Below, in pieces: positions 53,564-62,959 of a DNA stretch of 64,000 nucleotides. Source of the stretch: Myxococcota bacterium (GTDB lineage: Bacteria; Myxococcota_A; UBA796; SXON01); NCBI GenBank assembly GCA_040386535.1, contig JAZKFH010000019.1:32001-96000 (forward strand), written 5' to 3'. The notes under the pieces are model-generated. The model had not been told where the DNA came from, did not search any database, and saw only the letters and a list, made by a program, of their open reading frames with translations. The translations under genes and the position numbers were made by a program. Position 1 is the first letter of the stretch; each line of letters starts with the position of its first letter.

Positions 53564-54445
53564 ATGCTCGCCTGGACGTCCGCCGGCGCGGTCCCGAGGC
53601 CGCGCACCCTCCAGCTCCGCCTCCACCGGAGCTACCCCGATCGTGTCGCCGCGGGCGCGCCGCCCCCGTCCCGGAGCCTCTCCACGGACGAGGTGGCCGC
53701 CAACCTCCGCTGGTTCACCGCGCCCAGCCCGCGCGGCCTCCCGGTCGACGCGCTGGTGCTCGCCGGGCACGGGGTCTCGGCGCGGGCCGATCTCCCCGAC
53801 ATCGTGGGCCTCGCGCGCAGCCTCGGCGTCACGCGCGTGGTCGTGCACGCGGGCGTCGAGACGCTCGGCGCGCCCCCCGCGGGGGTCGACCGGTACGTGC
53901 TCCCTGTGCGCCTGGGCCCCGGCGGCACCGAGCCCGCCGCGCTCCTCGCGGCCTTCGCGGGGGCGCGCGCCGCGGGCGTCTCCGTCGACGCGAACGTGCC
54001 GCTCGAAGCCGCCGCGCTCTCCTTCTTGCCGGCGGCCCTCACGCTCGCGCGGGCGGGCGGCGCGGCCTCCGTCACCTTCACCTACCCGTTCCCCACCGGC
54101 AGCGCGGACGCGCCCCCCGCCGTGCCGGACACGCTCGCCGCCCTCGCCACGGCGCTCCCCCTCGTGAACGGCGCGAACGGCGACGATCCGCTCCCCGTCG
54201 CGATCAAGGGCCTGCCCGCGTGCTGGCTCGGGCCCTACGCCCCGCTCCTCCGCAAGAGCCAGAACCGCTGGTATGTGGACGCCGACCACCAGCTCGGCGC
54301 CGCCTTGCTCTTCTTCCCGGGCGTGGTCGCGTTCGCGAAGGCGGACGCGTGCCGCTTCTGCAGCCGGGACGGCGCTTGTGACGGCTTTCTCCCGGCGTGG
54401 TCCGGCCTCCCGGGGAACCCGCCCATCCGGCCGTTCGAACCATAG
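53564..54445 (+). CDS. Degenerate radical-SAM-like protein with C-terminal Cys cluster
   Basis: LSTDEV..., GLPAC, KADACRFCSRDGACDG; no CxxxCxxC in the N-terminus. Confidence 0.55.
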   Translation: MLAWTSAGAVPRPRTLQLRLHRSYPDRVAAGAPPPSRSLSTDEVAANLRWFTAPSPRGLPVDALVLAGHGVSARADLPDIVGLARSLGVTRVVVHAGVETLGAPPAGVDRYVLPVRLGPGGTEPAALLAAFAGARAAGVSVDANVPLEAAALSFLPAALTLARAGGAASVTFTYPFPTGSADAPPAVPDTLAALATALPLVNGANGDDPLPVAIKGLPACWLGPYAPLLRKSQNRWYVDADHQLGAALLFFPGVVAFAKADACRFCSRDGACDGFLPAWSGLPGNPPIRPFEP

Positions 54446-55213
54446 GTGCAGCCCACCCTCTTCGTGCGCGCCGGGGCCCTCGGCGACTTCGTGCTCTCGC
54501 TGCCCGTGCTCCAAGCGCTCACGACGATGGGCCCGGTCCACGTCGTCACCACGCCGCGCTACGCCCCGCTGCTCCCCGCGGGCGCCACACTGGTCGCGGG
54601 GGACTGGATCTGGCGCGGTGATCCGCCCCCGGTCCCCTACGGCCTGGCCGTCACGTTCTCGCCCACCGCCGCCGACGCCCTGGTCTCCTCGGGCCTGACC
54701 AACGTACGGTCGGTCGCGTCGCGGCCGCCGCCCGGCGTACACGCGGTCGACCACTTCGCCTCCGTGCTCCTGGGCGTCGCGACGGTCGATCGCACCCCGC
54801 GCGTCCGCGCCCCAGATCGCAACACCGGCCACGACCGCCCGATCGTCCTCGCGCCGGGCTCGGGCGGGGCCGAGAAGCGCTGGTCGATCGCGCGGTGGCG
54901 AGCGGTGGCCGACGCGATCGAGGCGGCGCGGCCGGGGGCCCGGGTGGTCTGGGTGCGTGGCCCCGTCGAGTTCGAGGAGGACTGGCCGGTCGACGCCGTG
55001 TGCCCCGACCTCGCGGGGCTGGTCGCGCTGGCGGCGTCGTGTCGCGTATGGCTTGGTCCGGACGCGGGACCGTCGCATCTGGCGGCCGCGGTAGGGGCCC
55101 CGGTCGGCGTCGTGTTCGGCGTCACCGATCCCGCCTGCTGGGCTCCCGTGGGCGCGCGTGTGTGGCCCTGGGATATCGACCCCGTCACCATCGCGTCATG
55201 GGCCACTGCGTAA
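54446..55213 (+). CDS. Glycosyltransferase family 9 (heptosyltransferase-like)
   Basis: GALGDFVL, PGSGG.EKRW, GPDAGPSHLAAAVG.P...FG.TDP..WAP. Confidence 0.88.
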   Translation: MQPTLFVRAGALGDFVLSLPVLQALTTMGPVHVVTTPRYAPLLPAGATLVAGDWIWRGDPPPVPYGLAVTFSPTAADALVSSGLTNVRSVASRPPPGVHAVDHFASVLLGVATVDRTPRVRAPDRNTGHDRPIVLAPGSGGAEKRWSIARWRAVADAIEAARPGARVVWVRGPVEFEEDWPVDAVCPDLAGLVALAASCRVWLGPDAGPSHLAAAVGAPVGVVFGVTDPACWAPVGARVWPWDIDPVTIASWATA

Positions 55214-55319
55214 ACGCTTACGCGCCCGACCCGTGCCTGACTTTACGAAACGCGGACGCAGCCAGTGGCGCACCCCCCCACTTCGACGCGATAAGGGGGC
55301 CCCCCTCAGGAGGCCGGCC

Positions 55320-56375
55320 ATGTCCATCTTCGAGCAGCTCTCGTCCTACGATCACGAGCAGATCCTCTTCTGCCGCAACGACGACGTCGGCCTCCGCGCG
55401 ATCATCGCGGTCCACAACACCACGCTCGGGCCCGCGCTCGGCGGGTGCCGCCTGTACGACTACGCCTCCGAGGCGGACGCCGTGCGCGACGTGCTGCGGC
55501 TCTCCCGCGGCATGACCTACAAGGCCGCGGTGGCCGGCCTCGATCTCGGCGGCGGCAAGGCCGTCATCATCGGGGACCCCTCGATGAAGTCCGAGCCGAT
55601 GATGCGCGCGTTCGGGCGCCACGTGCAGTCGCTCGGCGGCCGCTACATCACGGCCGAGGACATGAACACCTCCGTCGAGGACATGGACAACATCCGCCGT
55701 GAGACCAAGTGGGTCACCGGCTCGGCGGGCGGCTCCGGCGATCCCTCGCCGGTCACCGCGTGGGGCGTCTACCACGGCATCCGCGCCTGCCTCGAGGTCA
55801 TCTACGGCTCGCCCGACGTGGCGGGGCGCACGGTCGCCATCCAGGGTGTCGGAAACGTGGGGTACTACCTCGCGAAGTACCTGCACGAGGGCGGCGCGTC
55901 GCTGCTCTACGCCGACATCAGCCAGAAGCGCATCGCGCGCGTGGTCGAGGAGTTCGGCGGCACCGTGCTCGAGGGCGACGAGTTCTACCGCGCCAACTGT
56001 GACGTGGTGGCCCCCTGCGCCATCGGCGGCATCATCAACGCCCGCACGATCCCCATGATCAAGGCCCCGATCATCGCGGGCGGCGCCAACAACGTGCTCG
56101 ACGACGAGACGCGGGACGGCGAGGCCCTCGCCGAGCGCGGCATCACCTACGCCCCCGACTACGTCATCAACGCGGGCGGCCTCATCAACGTGTGCGCGGA
56201 GCTGAAGAACCAGAGCCGCGAGAAGGCCATGGCCGACGCCGGCGCGATCTTCAACACGGTCAAGCGCATCATCAACAAGGCCAAGTCCGAGGGCACCACG
56301 ACCATCCGCGCCGCCAACAAGGTGGCCGAGGAGCGGATGGAAGCGGTGGGCCGCCTCAAGCGCCTGTACGTTTGA
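55320..56375 (+). CDS. Leucine dehydrogenase (Glu/Leu/Phe/Val dehydrogenase)
   Basis: AGGAGG RBS; TTLGPALGG, GMTYK, GGGKAVI, TAEDM, GVGNVG, GGANN, YVINAGG. Confidence 0.93.
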   Translation: MSIFEQLSSYDHEQILFCRNDDVGLRAIIAVHNTTLGPALGGCRLYDYASEADAVRDVLRLSRGMTYKAAVAGLDLGGGKAVIIGDPSMKSEPMMRAFGRHVQSLGGRYITAEDMNTSVEDMDNIRRETKWVTGSAGGSGDPSPVTAWGVYHGIRACLEVIYGSPDVAGRTVAIQGVGNVGYYLAKYLHEGGASLLYADISQKRIARVVEEFGGTVLEGDEFYRANCDVVAPCAIGGIINARTIPMIKAPIIAGGANNVLDDETRDGEALAERGITYAPDYVINAGGLINVCAELKNQSREKAMADAGAIFNTVKRIINKAKSEGTTTIRAANKVAEERMEAVGRLKRLYV

Positions 56376-56397
56376 TTCGGTAGCGCACTTCGGGCGC

Positions 56398-56498
56398 GAC
56401 CCCCGCGCGGCGCGGGGGTCGGTCCCCTACAGGCGCGGGCTGCGCCCTTGGTCCGCCCGCGACGGGCGGGACCGGCCCCACCCGCCGAGCCGGGCGGG
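56398..56498. terminator. Cluster of three GC-rich hairpins between convergent genes
   Basis: gacccccgcg-cgg-cgcgggggtc (10-bp stem), ccgcccg-cga-cgggcgg, cccgcc-gagccg-ggcggg; no U-tract. Confidence 0.5.
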
Positions 56499-56529
56499 CC
56501 CGCCTTCCGGGCACCTCGCGCGCCTCGAC

Positions 56530-57054
56530 TCAGTCCCGCAGGTCCACGTCCGCCTTCGCCCGCCCGCGGCCCTTCTCGAGCCGGGCGGCGATGCGCTCCA
56601 GCGCGTCCCGCTCCTTGCGGCTGCTCGTCGGCACGTCGATCCACTCGTAGATCGAGCCCGTGAACTCGAGGTTGGCCGAGATGATGTCCTTCTCGACCTG
56701 CTCGTGGTTGCGCACGCGCACGAGGCCGCGGCCGGCCTTGTCGCCCACGTCGATCGTCATGCGGAACCGCACCTTCTCGGGGATGCGCGTGCCGGAGTAG
56801 ACGTTGAAGATGTAGTCGGACGCGCCCACGATCCACTCGGTCGAGATGAGGCCGCGCTCCTTGTCGATGACGTCGAGGGGGTAGAGGTCGGAGAACACCT
56901 CGACCGTCGCGTCCCAGAGGGCGCCCTTCGTGGCGTCGAACGTGGCCTCGACCGGGCGCTCCTCGTAGGCCGGGAGCGCGTCCTCCGGGAAGGTGGGCGG
57001 GATGCAGCCGGCGAGCACGGCGAGGGAGGCGAAGGTGAGGGCGCGGAGCATCAT
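56530..57054 (-). CDS. Lipoprotein, BamC/helix-grip-like
   Basis: LAGC lipobox; W.ATVEV.....IDKERGLISTEW. Confidence 0.65.
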   Translation of the reverse strand: MMLRALTFASLAVLAGCIPPTFPEDALPAYEERPVEATFDATKGALWDATVEVFSDLYPLDVIDKERGLISTEWIVGASDYIFNVYSGTRIPEKVRFRMTIDVGDKAGRGLVRVRNHEQVEKDIISANLEFTGSIYEWIDVPTSSRKERDALERIAARLEKGRGRAKADVDLRD

Positions 57055-57104
57055 GGCGCCGCGATCGTAGCACACGGATAGGCTCCGGCCGAAGGGCAAG
57101 TCGC

Positions 57105-58094
57105 GTGCGCATCGCCACCGTGTGTTCGGCCCATGGCTTCGGCCATGTGACTCGCGAGCTCGTCATCGCGGATGCGCTCGCGGCGCGAGGGGCCGAGGTC
57201 ACGTTGTTCACGGCGGCGCCGCGCGCGTTGTTGGCGGGCGTGCGCCACGCGGTCGTGCCGTGGGCCGCGGACGTCGGCATCGCGCAGCGCGACAGCTTGA
57301 GCGAGGACGTGGAGGGGACGCTCGCGCGCCTGGAGACCGTCGCGAGCGAGGGCGCGATCGACGCGTTGGCGGAGGTGTTGGCCGGGTACGACCGCGTGGT
57401 GGTCGACATCGCGCCTCCCGCGTTGGAGGCGGCGCGGCGCGCGGGGGTGCCGGCGTTCGCGGTGGGCAACTTCGACTGGGCGTGGATCTACCGGCACTAC
57501 CCGGCGCTCGCCGGCTGGGCCGAGCGGTTCGCGCGCTGGCAGGCGCCGCACCGGGGGCTGTTCCTGGAGCCGGGCCCCGGGTTGACGGGGTTCGCCGTGG
57601 TGGAGCGGTTCGGGGTCGTGGGGCGGCGGGCCGGGCCCGTCACACGCGGACGTCCCGGCGCGCGAACCGTCCTCGTCTGCTTCGGCGGCTTCGGCCTCGA
57701 CGGCATCGACGCGTGGTTGCCCCGGATCGACGGGGTGCGATGGGTGCTCGCGCCACCGATGGCCCGGGTGCCGCGTGACGACGTGTCGTGGGTGGACGAC
57801 GTGCCGTTTCCCGAGCTGGTCGCGGGCGCCGACGCGCTGCTCACGAAGCCCGGCTACGGCATCTACGCCGAGGCCGCCCTGGCCGGCACGCCGATGGTGT
57901 GGGTCGACCGCGGCGCGTTCCCAGAGGCGCCGTGGCTCGAAGCGGCCATGGTGGCGCGCGGGGACGTGAAGGTGGACGGGCGGGGCGGTGTAGCCGTCGC
58001 CGCCGCCCTCGCGCGCCTCTGGCGCCAGGAGCCGCCCACCCCCACCCGGAGTGACGCCGCCGAGCGTGTGGCGGCGCGGATCCTCGGCGGGTAG
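57105..58094 (+). CDS. GT-B fold glycosyltransferase
   Basis: SAHGFGHVTR, NFDW..IY, FGGFG, LTKPGYG, R..FPE. Confidence 0.8.
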   Translation: MRIATVCSAHGFGHVTRELVIADALAARGAEVTLFTAAPRALLAGVRHAVVPWAADVGIAQRDSLSEDVEGTLARLETVASEGAIDALAEVLAGYDRVVVDIAPPALEAARRAGVPAFAVGNFDWAWIYRHYPALAGWAERFARWQAPHRGLFLEPGPGLTGFAVVERFGVVGRRAGPVTRGRPGARTVLVCFGGFGLDGIDAWLPRIDGVRWVLAPPMARVPRDDVSWVDDVPFPELVAGADALLTKPGYGIYAEAALAGTPMVWVDRGAFPEAPWLEAAMVARGDVKVDGRGGVAVAAALARLWRQEPPTPTRSDAAERVAARILGG

Positions 58095-58114
58095 GCGCCC
58101 CTGGATCAGCGCCC

Positions 58115-58837
58115 TTACGCGTGCGCCTCGGTCTCGGCCCGCCGCGCCGCGCGCTGGCCCTCCTTGAAGCCGGCCAGGGCGTGCACCTCGACCGGAGAGC
58201 CCTCCGCCACGAACATCGCGATGGGCTTGGTGGCGCCGAGGGTGTGCCAGGCATCCCCGAACAGGACGCCCGGATCGAACTCCAGGCGCGGGCGCACGTC
58301 GTCCCAGATCCGCCAACGGGGGTGGTCGACCCGCATCGAGAGCGGAACACCGGACCAGTGTTTTCCGAACATCCACGGGCGGTTGTACAGGAAGTCCTCG
58401 AATCCACGTTCGGCCGGCAATTCGGGCTCGCCCACCGTGGTCCAGGCGATGCGGTGGGTGCGCCCGCCGTAGCGGAGCTCGTGCTCCTCGCCCGTGCGGT
58501 GGTACGGCACGGCGATGACCGGCTCGTTCGCGGCGAAGCGGGAGAGGCCCGCCACGATCGGCCGCGGCACGAATTGCCGCACGGTCCTCAGGCCGCGCCG
58601 CCGCCCGTCCCGCACGTACAGGCGCAGCGAGACCTCGGGAACGCGCCGCTCGCCTGGCACCCGCACGCCCAGCACGCGGGGATCGACCAGATCGAGCGCC
58701 ACGAGGCTGGCCAGCGCACGGCCCTCCCAGCGGTCCGGGACCATGTCGGGCAACAGGTAGGGGCGATATTGTTCCTCGCCCACGACCCACGTCTGGCAGA
58801 AGATGTTCGACCAACGACCGGAAAGGAAGGGTGTCAT
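58115..58837 (-). CDS. DUF2071 (YqjF-like) family protein
   Basis: FLSGRW, PD.WEGRA..SLV, PEVSLRLYV, VDHPRW, F.AEGS. Confidence 0.75.
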   Translation of the reverse strand: MTPFLSGRWSNIFCQTWVVGEEQYRPYLLPDMVPDRWEGRALASLVALDLVDPRVLGVRVPGERRVPEVSLRLYVRDGRRRGLRTVRQFVPRPIVAGLSRFAANEPVIAVPYHRTGEEHELRYGGRTHRIAWTTVGEPELPAERGFEDFLYNRPWMFGKHWSGVPLSMRVDHPRWRIWDDVRPRLEFDPGVLFGDAWHTLGATKPIAMFVAEGSPVEVHALAGFKEGQRAARRAETEAHA

Positions 58838-58843
58838 ACGTTC

Positions 58844-58849
58844 AGGATA
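58844..58849 (-). promoter_or_regulatory. Putative -10 element TATCCT, 6 nt before ATG (leaderless-type)
   Basis: Minus strand TATCCT-gaacgt-ATG. Confidence 0.55.
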
Positions 58850-58919
58850 GGCACGGCCAGGCGCGCGCGGGACAAGGCCGAATCCATGACATAGACTGGT
58901 GCCCCTCTCTGGAGCGTTC

Positions 58920-60221
58920 GTGAACATCAGCGTCGTCGGCACCGGATACGTCGGGCTCGTCGTGGGGACGTGCATGGCCGACCTGGGCCACAACGTCACG
59001 TGCGTCGACAACGACGCGGGCAAGGTTGCCGCGTTGGTGGCCGGCAAGGTCCCCATCTACGAGCCGGGCCTCGAACAATTGCTCGACCGCAACGCGCGGG
59101 AGGGCCGCCTCACCTTCACGCAGGACCTCGCAACCGCGCTCAAGCACAGCCGCGTCGTGTTCGTGGCGGTGGGCACGCCCTCCGCGGCGGACGGCAGCGC
59201 CGATCTCTCCGGCATCTTCAACGTCGCCCGCGAGGTGGCGAAGAACGCCGAGGGTGACGTCATCCTCATCATCAAGAGCACCGTGCCGGTCGGCACCGCC
59301 GACAAGCTGCGCGAGGTGCTCTCCTCGGTGATGAACCACCGCTACGACGTGGTGTCCAACCCCGAGTTTCTCAAGGAGGGCGCCGCCATCGACGACTTCC
59401 TGCGGCCCGACCGCGTCGTGGTCGGCGTGGGCTCGCCCGAGGCGCGCAAAGTCATGGAGGACCTGTACGCGCCCCTCGTCCGCAGCGGCAAGCCCCTGTT
59501 GTTCATGGACAACCGGTCGGCCGAGCTGTGCAAGTACGCCGCGAACGCCTTCCTCGCGACGCGCATCAGCTTCATCAACGAGATCGCGGCGCTGTGCACC
59601 AAGGTCGGCGCCGACGTGGACATGGTGCGCCTCGGCGCAGGGAGCGACTCCCGCATCGGCGGCCGCTTCTTCTTCCCCGGCGCCGGCTACGGTGGCTCCT
59701 GCTTCCCGAAGGACGTGCGCGCCCTGGTGGAGACCGCGAGGGAGAACAACATCGAGATGAAGGTCGTCACCGCCGTCGAGTCGGTGAACGAGCGCCAGAA
59801 GCACCTACTCGCCGACATGGTGATCGAGCGATTCGGCAAGGATCTCTCGGGGTTGCGCTTCTGCCTCTGGGGTCTTGCCTTCAAGCCCGAGACCGACGAC
59901 ATGCGCGAGGCGCCCGCCCTCACCATCATCGATCGCATCCTCGCCGCCGGCGGCGAGATCGTGGCCTACGATCCCGAGGCGATGAACGAGGCGAAGCGCG
60001 TCATCAAGCAGCCGATCGCCTACGCCGACCGCGCGATGGAGGCCGCGAAGGACGCCGACGCCGTGCTGATCGTCACGGAGTGGAACGAGTTCCGCAGCCC
60101 CAACCTCGAGCAGCTCAAGGGCCTGATGAAGCGCCCCGTGGTGTTCGACGGGCGCAACGTGCTCAACCCCGCCGAGGCGCGCCGCCTGGGGTTCGAGTAC
60201 CGGTCGATCGGGCGGCCGTAG
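58920..60221 (+). CDS. ugd: UDP-glucose 6-dehydrogenase
   Basis: GTGYVGL, KSTVPVGT, NPEFLKEG, GYGGSCFPKD, FKPETDDMRE, DGRN. Confidence 0.95.
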   Translation: MNISVVGTGYVGLVVGTCMADLGHNVTCVDNDAGKVAALVAGKVPIYEPGLEQLLDRNAREGRLTFTQDLATALKHSRVVFVAVGTPSAADGSADLSGIFNVAREVAKNAEGDVILIIKSTVPVGTADKLREVLSSVMNHRYDVVSNPEFLKEGAAIDDFLRPDRVVVGVGSPEARKVMEDLYAPLVRSGKPLLFMDNRSAELCKYAANAFLATRISFINEIAALCTKVGADVDMVRLGAGSDSRIGGRFFFPGAGYGGSCFPKDVRALVETARENNIEMKVVTAVESVNERQKHLLADMVIERFGKDLSGLRFCLWGLAFKPETDDMREAPALTIIDRILAAGGEIVAYDPEAMNEAKRVIKQPIAYADRAMEAAKDADAVLIVTEWNEFRSPNLEQLKGLMKRPVVFDGRNVLNPAEARRLGFEYRSIGRP

Positions 60222-60289
60222 GGGGGGCGGGAGCGCGGGATCTGGTACAACCAGCTCGATCCCAACGCCGATGCCTCGGAGCGCTTCCG

Positions 60290-61531
60290 ATGTTCACCTT
60301 GCTCTTCGCCCCAGCCCTGGCAGTCCCCACCACGATCGTCGTCGATGCGAGCGGCGGCGGCGATTTCACGGATCTCGCCGAGGCCATCGCCGACGCGCCC
60401 AGCGATGTGCGGCTCGAGGTGCGCGCGGGGGCGTACACCATCGACCGATCCTTGTGGTTGGGGGACACGTTCGAGCTCGTGGGCGAGGGGCAGGACGTCG
60501 TCACCATCACGTTCGTCGGCTACGGGCTCCAGCCCGCCGCCGCGGTCCGCGCCTCTATCAGCGATGTCACGTTCGAGCAGGTCCCGTCGGGCATCGAGGG
60601 GTACGTGGCGTTCAGTGGGACGCCGGACGTGACCCTGGAACGTGTCACATTCGTGGGCGTGGGCGTCGACTGGTGCCTGTACCTCCAGAACGCCGGCCGC
60701 GTGCAGGTCGAGGCGAGCCGCTTCGTCGGGTGTGGGGAAGGAATCGAGTTCGCCGGGGTCGTGGCCACCATCCAGAACAACCTGTTCGTCGGCAACGAGA
60801 CAGCGTTGGAGTCGAACGCCTACGAAGACGGCGGCTCGATCGTGGACGTGCGCAACAACACCTTCGTGGCCAACTTCGGGCACGTCATCGCCAGCGAGGG
60901 GGTCGGGAGCGTCACGCTCCAGGACAACCTGTTCGTGAGCTCGGTGGCCTACACGCTCACCTGGGATGGGCTGTACGGGTACGACATCGCGGATTGGCAC
61001 GTGTCCGACAACCTCTTCTGGGACAACGGAGAAGGGGCCGGGGGCCGCGTCCTCTGGGGTGCGGACTACCTCGAAGCGGACCCCCTCTTCGTCGCCTGGT
61101 CGGATGACGGAGACTTCTCCAACGACGACTTCCACCTCCTCGAGGGCTCCCCCGCCATCGACGCGGCCGCGGGCGCATCCGTCCTCACCGACCACGACGC
61201 CGTCACACGGCCGTTCGACGGAAATGGCGATGGGACGGCCATCGCCGACATGGGGGCGTACGAGTGGTCGAGTGAAACCGACGCCGACACCGACACGGAT
61301 ACCGACACCGATTCGGATACCGACACCGACTCGGATACCGACACCGACTCGGATACCGACACCGACTCGGATACCGACACCGACACCGATACCGACTCGG
61401 ACACGGATTCGGACACAGACACCGGTTCGGAGACCCCCACCGCTGGCTGCGGCTGCACGACCCGCTCGTCTCCCGCTGGCCTGGCGATCCTTGTCGGGCT
61501 TGCGCTCATCGGCCGCCGCCGTCGCCCGTAG
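60290..61531 (+). CDS. Secreted right-handed beta-helix protein with Asp/Thr/Ser linker and MYXO-CTERM-like sorting tail
   Basis: Signal MFTLLFAPALA; GDF.DL.EAI; NNLF/NNTF repeats; DFHL..GSPAID..DMGAYE; tail GCGC...hydrophobic...RRRR. Confidence 0.82.
   Translation: MFTLLFAPALAVPTTIVVDASGGGDFTDLAEAIADAPSDVRLEVRAGAYTIDRSLWLGDTFELVGEGQDVVTITFVGYGLQPAAAVRASISDVTFEQVPSGIEGYVAFSGTPDVTLERVTFVGVGVDWCLYLQNAGRVQVEASRFVGCGEGIEFAGVVATIQNNLFVGNETALESNAYEDGGSIVDVRNNTFVANFGHVIASEGVGSVTLQDNLFVSSVAYTLTWDGLYGYDIADWHVSDNLFWDNGEGAGGRVLWGADYLEADPLFVAWSDDGDFSNDDFHLLEGSPAIDAAAGASVLTDHDAVTRPFDGNGDGTAIADMGAYEWSSETDADTDTDTDTDSDTDTDSDTDTDSDTDTDSDTDTDTDTDSDTDSDTDTGSETPTAGCGCTTRSSPAGLAILVGLALIGRRRRP
61277..61424 (+). 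repeat. Coding tandem repeat (DTDS/DT)n; 18-bp unit gactcggataccgacacc
   Basis: Direct reading; encodes TDADTDTDTDTDSDTDTDS... Confidence 0.9.
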
Positions 61532-61535
61532 GCAT

Positions 61536-61589
61536 CGGTTCTTGGGGCGGCCTCATGGGGCAGGGGGCGCCGCCCCCCGCAACGCCCCC
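61536..61589. repeat. GC-rich palindromic (REP-like) element, intergenic copy between convergent genes
   Basis: cggttcttggggcgg...gggggcgccgccccccgcaacgccccc; homologous to the inverted copy at 21630-21670. Confidence 0.7.
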
Positions 61590-61603
61590 GGAGCCACCCG
61601 GCG

Positions 61604-62194
61604 TCAGAACGCGCGGTACCAGAGCACGGTCTCGCGCGCGCCGTCCTGGGCCGTGACGATGCCCTCGATCTCGTTGATCGTGCCGCCGCCGTAGCGGACC
61701 CGCACCTCGCCGCTGACGGGGGCGCCATGGAGTCCGGCGGGGAGGCTCTCGGTGCCGAGGTCGAGCGCGTGGACCACCTCGACGCCCTCCCAGCCGATCC
61801 ACAACGACGCGGGGCCCGAGACGGAGACCCCCTCGCCGCTGAGCGTCAGCGCCACGGGCACCTCCAGCAGGTCCCGGCAGGTCTCCTCCGGCTCCTCGCC
61901 GACCCAGGCGTGGGAGCTGTTCCGCCCCGAGCCGCTCACCTTCTCGGTGACGACCGTCGCGTCGTCCAGGACGGCCATCCCGTCGGCACGCGCGACCGTT
62001 ACCACAAGCGGGAGCGCGCCGCCGTCGAGGCCGATGGCGTCGGCCTCCTGGGGGTCGACGAGGGGGAGCAGCACGCGCGCAACGCTGGTGTCGAGCTCGT
62101 CCAGGCGCTCGTCGTCAACGACCTCGCGAACCTCGAACTCGCAGTGGCTCTCGAGGAACGTCGTGGCGCAACCGAGGAGGAGGGCGAGGATCAT
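61604..62194 (-). CDS. Hypothetical lipoprotein (paralog of the next gene)
   Basis: MILALLLGC; shares HCE, VARxDGxAVxxDAT, CxDxxEVPV. Confidence 0.72.
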   Translation of the reverse strand: MILALLLGCATTFLESHCEFEVREVVDDERLDELDTSVARVLLPLVDPQEADAIGLDGGALPLVVTVARADGMAVLDDATVVTEKVSGSGRNSSHAWVGEEPEETCRDLLEVPVALTLSGEGVSVSGPASLWIGWEGVEVVHALDLGTESLPAGLHGAPVSGEVRVRYGGGTINEIEGIVTAQDGARETVLWYRAF

Positions 62195-62805
62195 TCGCGT
62201 GCACCGACAGCGGGGGGAAAGGCGAGGGCTTCCTTCTCCGTGCCGACCCACGCGAGCGAGGCCTGATCCAGATCCGGGCCCGCGTACCAGGCGCCGAGCT
62301 CGGCGCCGTCCGCGAGCGCGGGGGGTTCGGGGAGGGTCGCCGTTTCGAGGTCGATGGGGGCGACGAACGAGACACGGTCCTCCGCGCCCGCGGTCGCCAC
62401 GGCCTCGGCGAGCGCCTCGCCCTCGACCGCGATGCTGCCGTCCGTCGTCGTCAGCGCATAGATGACGGGCACCTCGACCACGTCGTCACAGATCCAGATG
62501 ATCCCCATGTCGTTGTGGTGCAGCGCGACCTCGAGCCCGAGGTGTGTCGTCTCGACCATCGTGGCGTCGGCGAACACCGCGGTCCCGTCGCCGCGGGCCA
62601 CGTCGAGCTCGGCCGTGAGCAGGCCGCCCTCACGATTGGTGGCCGGGAACGTGCGCACGCCCTCGAGCCCAGCGAGGATCTCCTCCATCGTGGACGCGAG
62701 ATCGCCCAAATCGGCCTCGTCGTCCGCTATGTCGATCCGCTCCGTCTCACAGTGGAACTCGGAGATCTGGCAGCCGACGAGCGCGAGGACATACAGGAGG
62801 AACAT
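62191..62805 (-). CDS. Hypothetical lipoprotein (paralog of the previous gene)
   Basis: MFLLYVLALVGC; start ATG 62805. Confidence 0.72.
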   Translation of the reverse strand: MFLLYVLALVGCQISEFHCETERIDIADDEADLGDLASTMEEILAGLEGVRTFPATNREGGLLTAELDVARGDGTAVFADATMVETTHLGLEVALHHNDMGIIWICDDVVEVPVIYALTTTDGSIAVEGEALAEAVATAGAEDRVSFVAPIDLETATLPEPPALADGAELGAWYAGPDLDQASLAWVGTEKEALAFPPAVGARE

Positions 62806-62959
62806 CGCGTACAGATAGCCGCGGCCGGGACCACCCGCTCGGTTTCCTCCAGAACAGGTGCGCGTCCCGCCGTCGGCTCCCGTCGATGCCCGGCCCGGGA
62901 CGCCTCCTGGGGCGGTAATTGAGCCGGTCGGATAGAGGGGCGGCCCGCTACGGACCGTC

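Noticed and set aside
61277..61424. Regular repeats resembling a CRISPR array
   Set aside because: Contiguous in-frame coding repeats with no unique spacers and no cas genes
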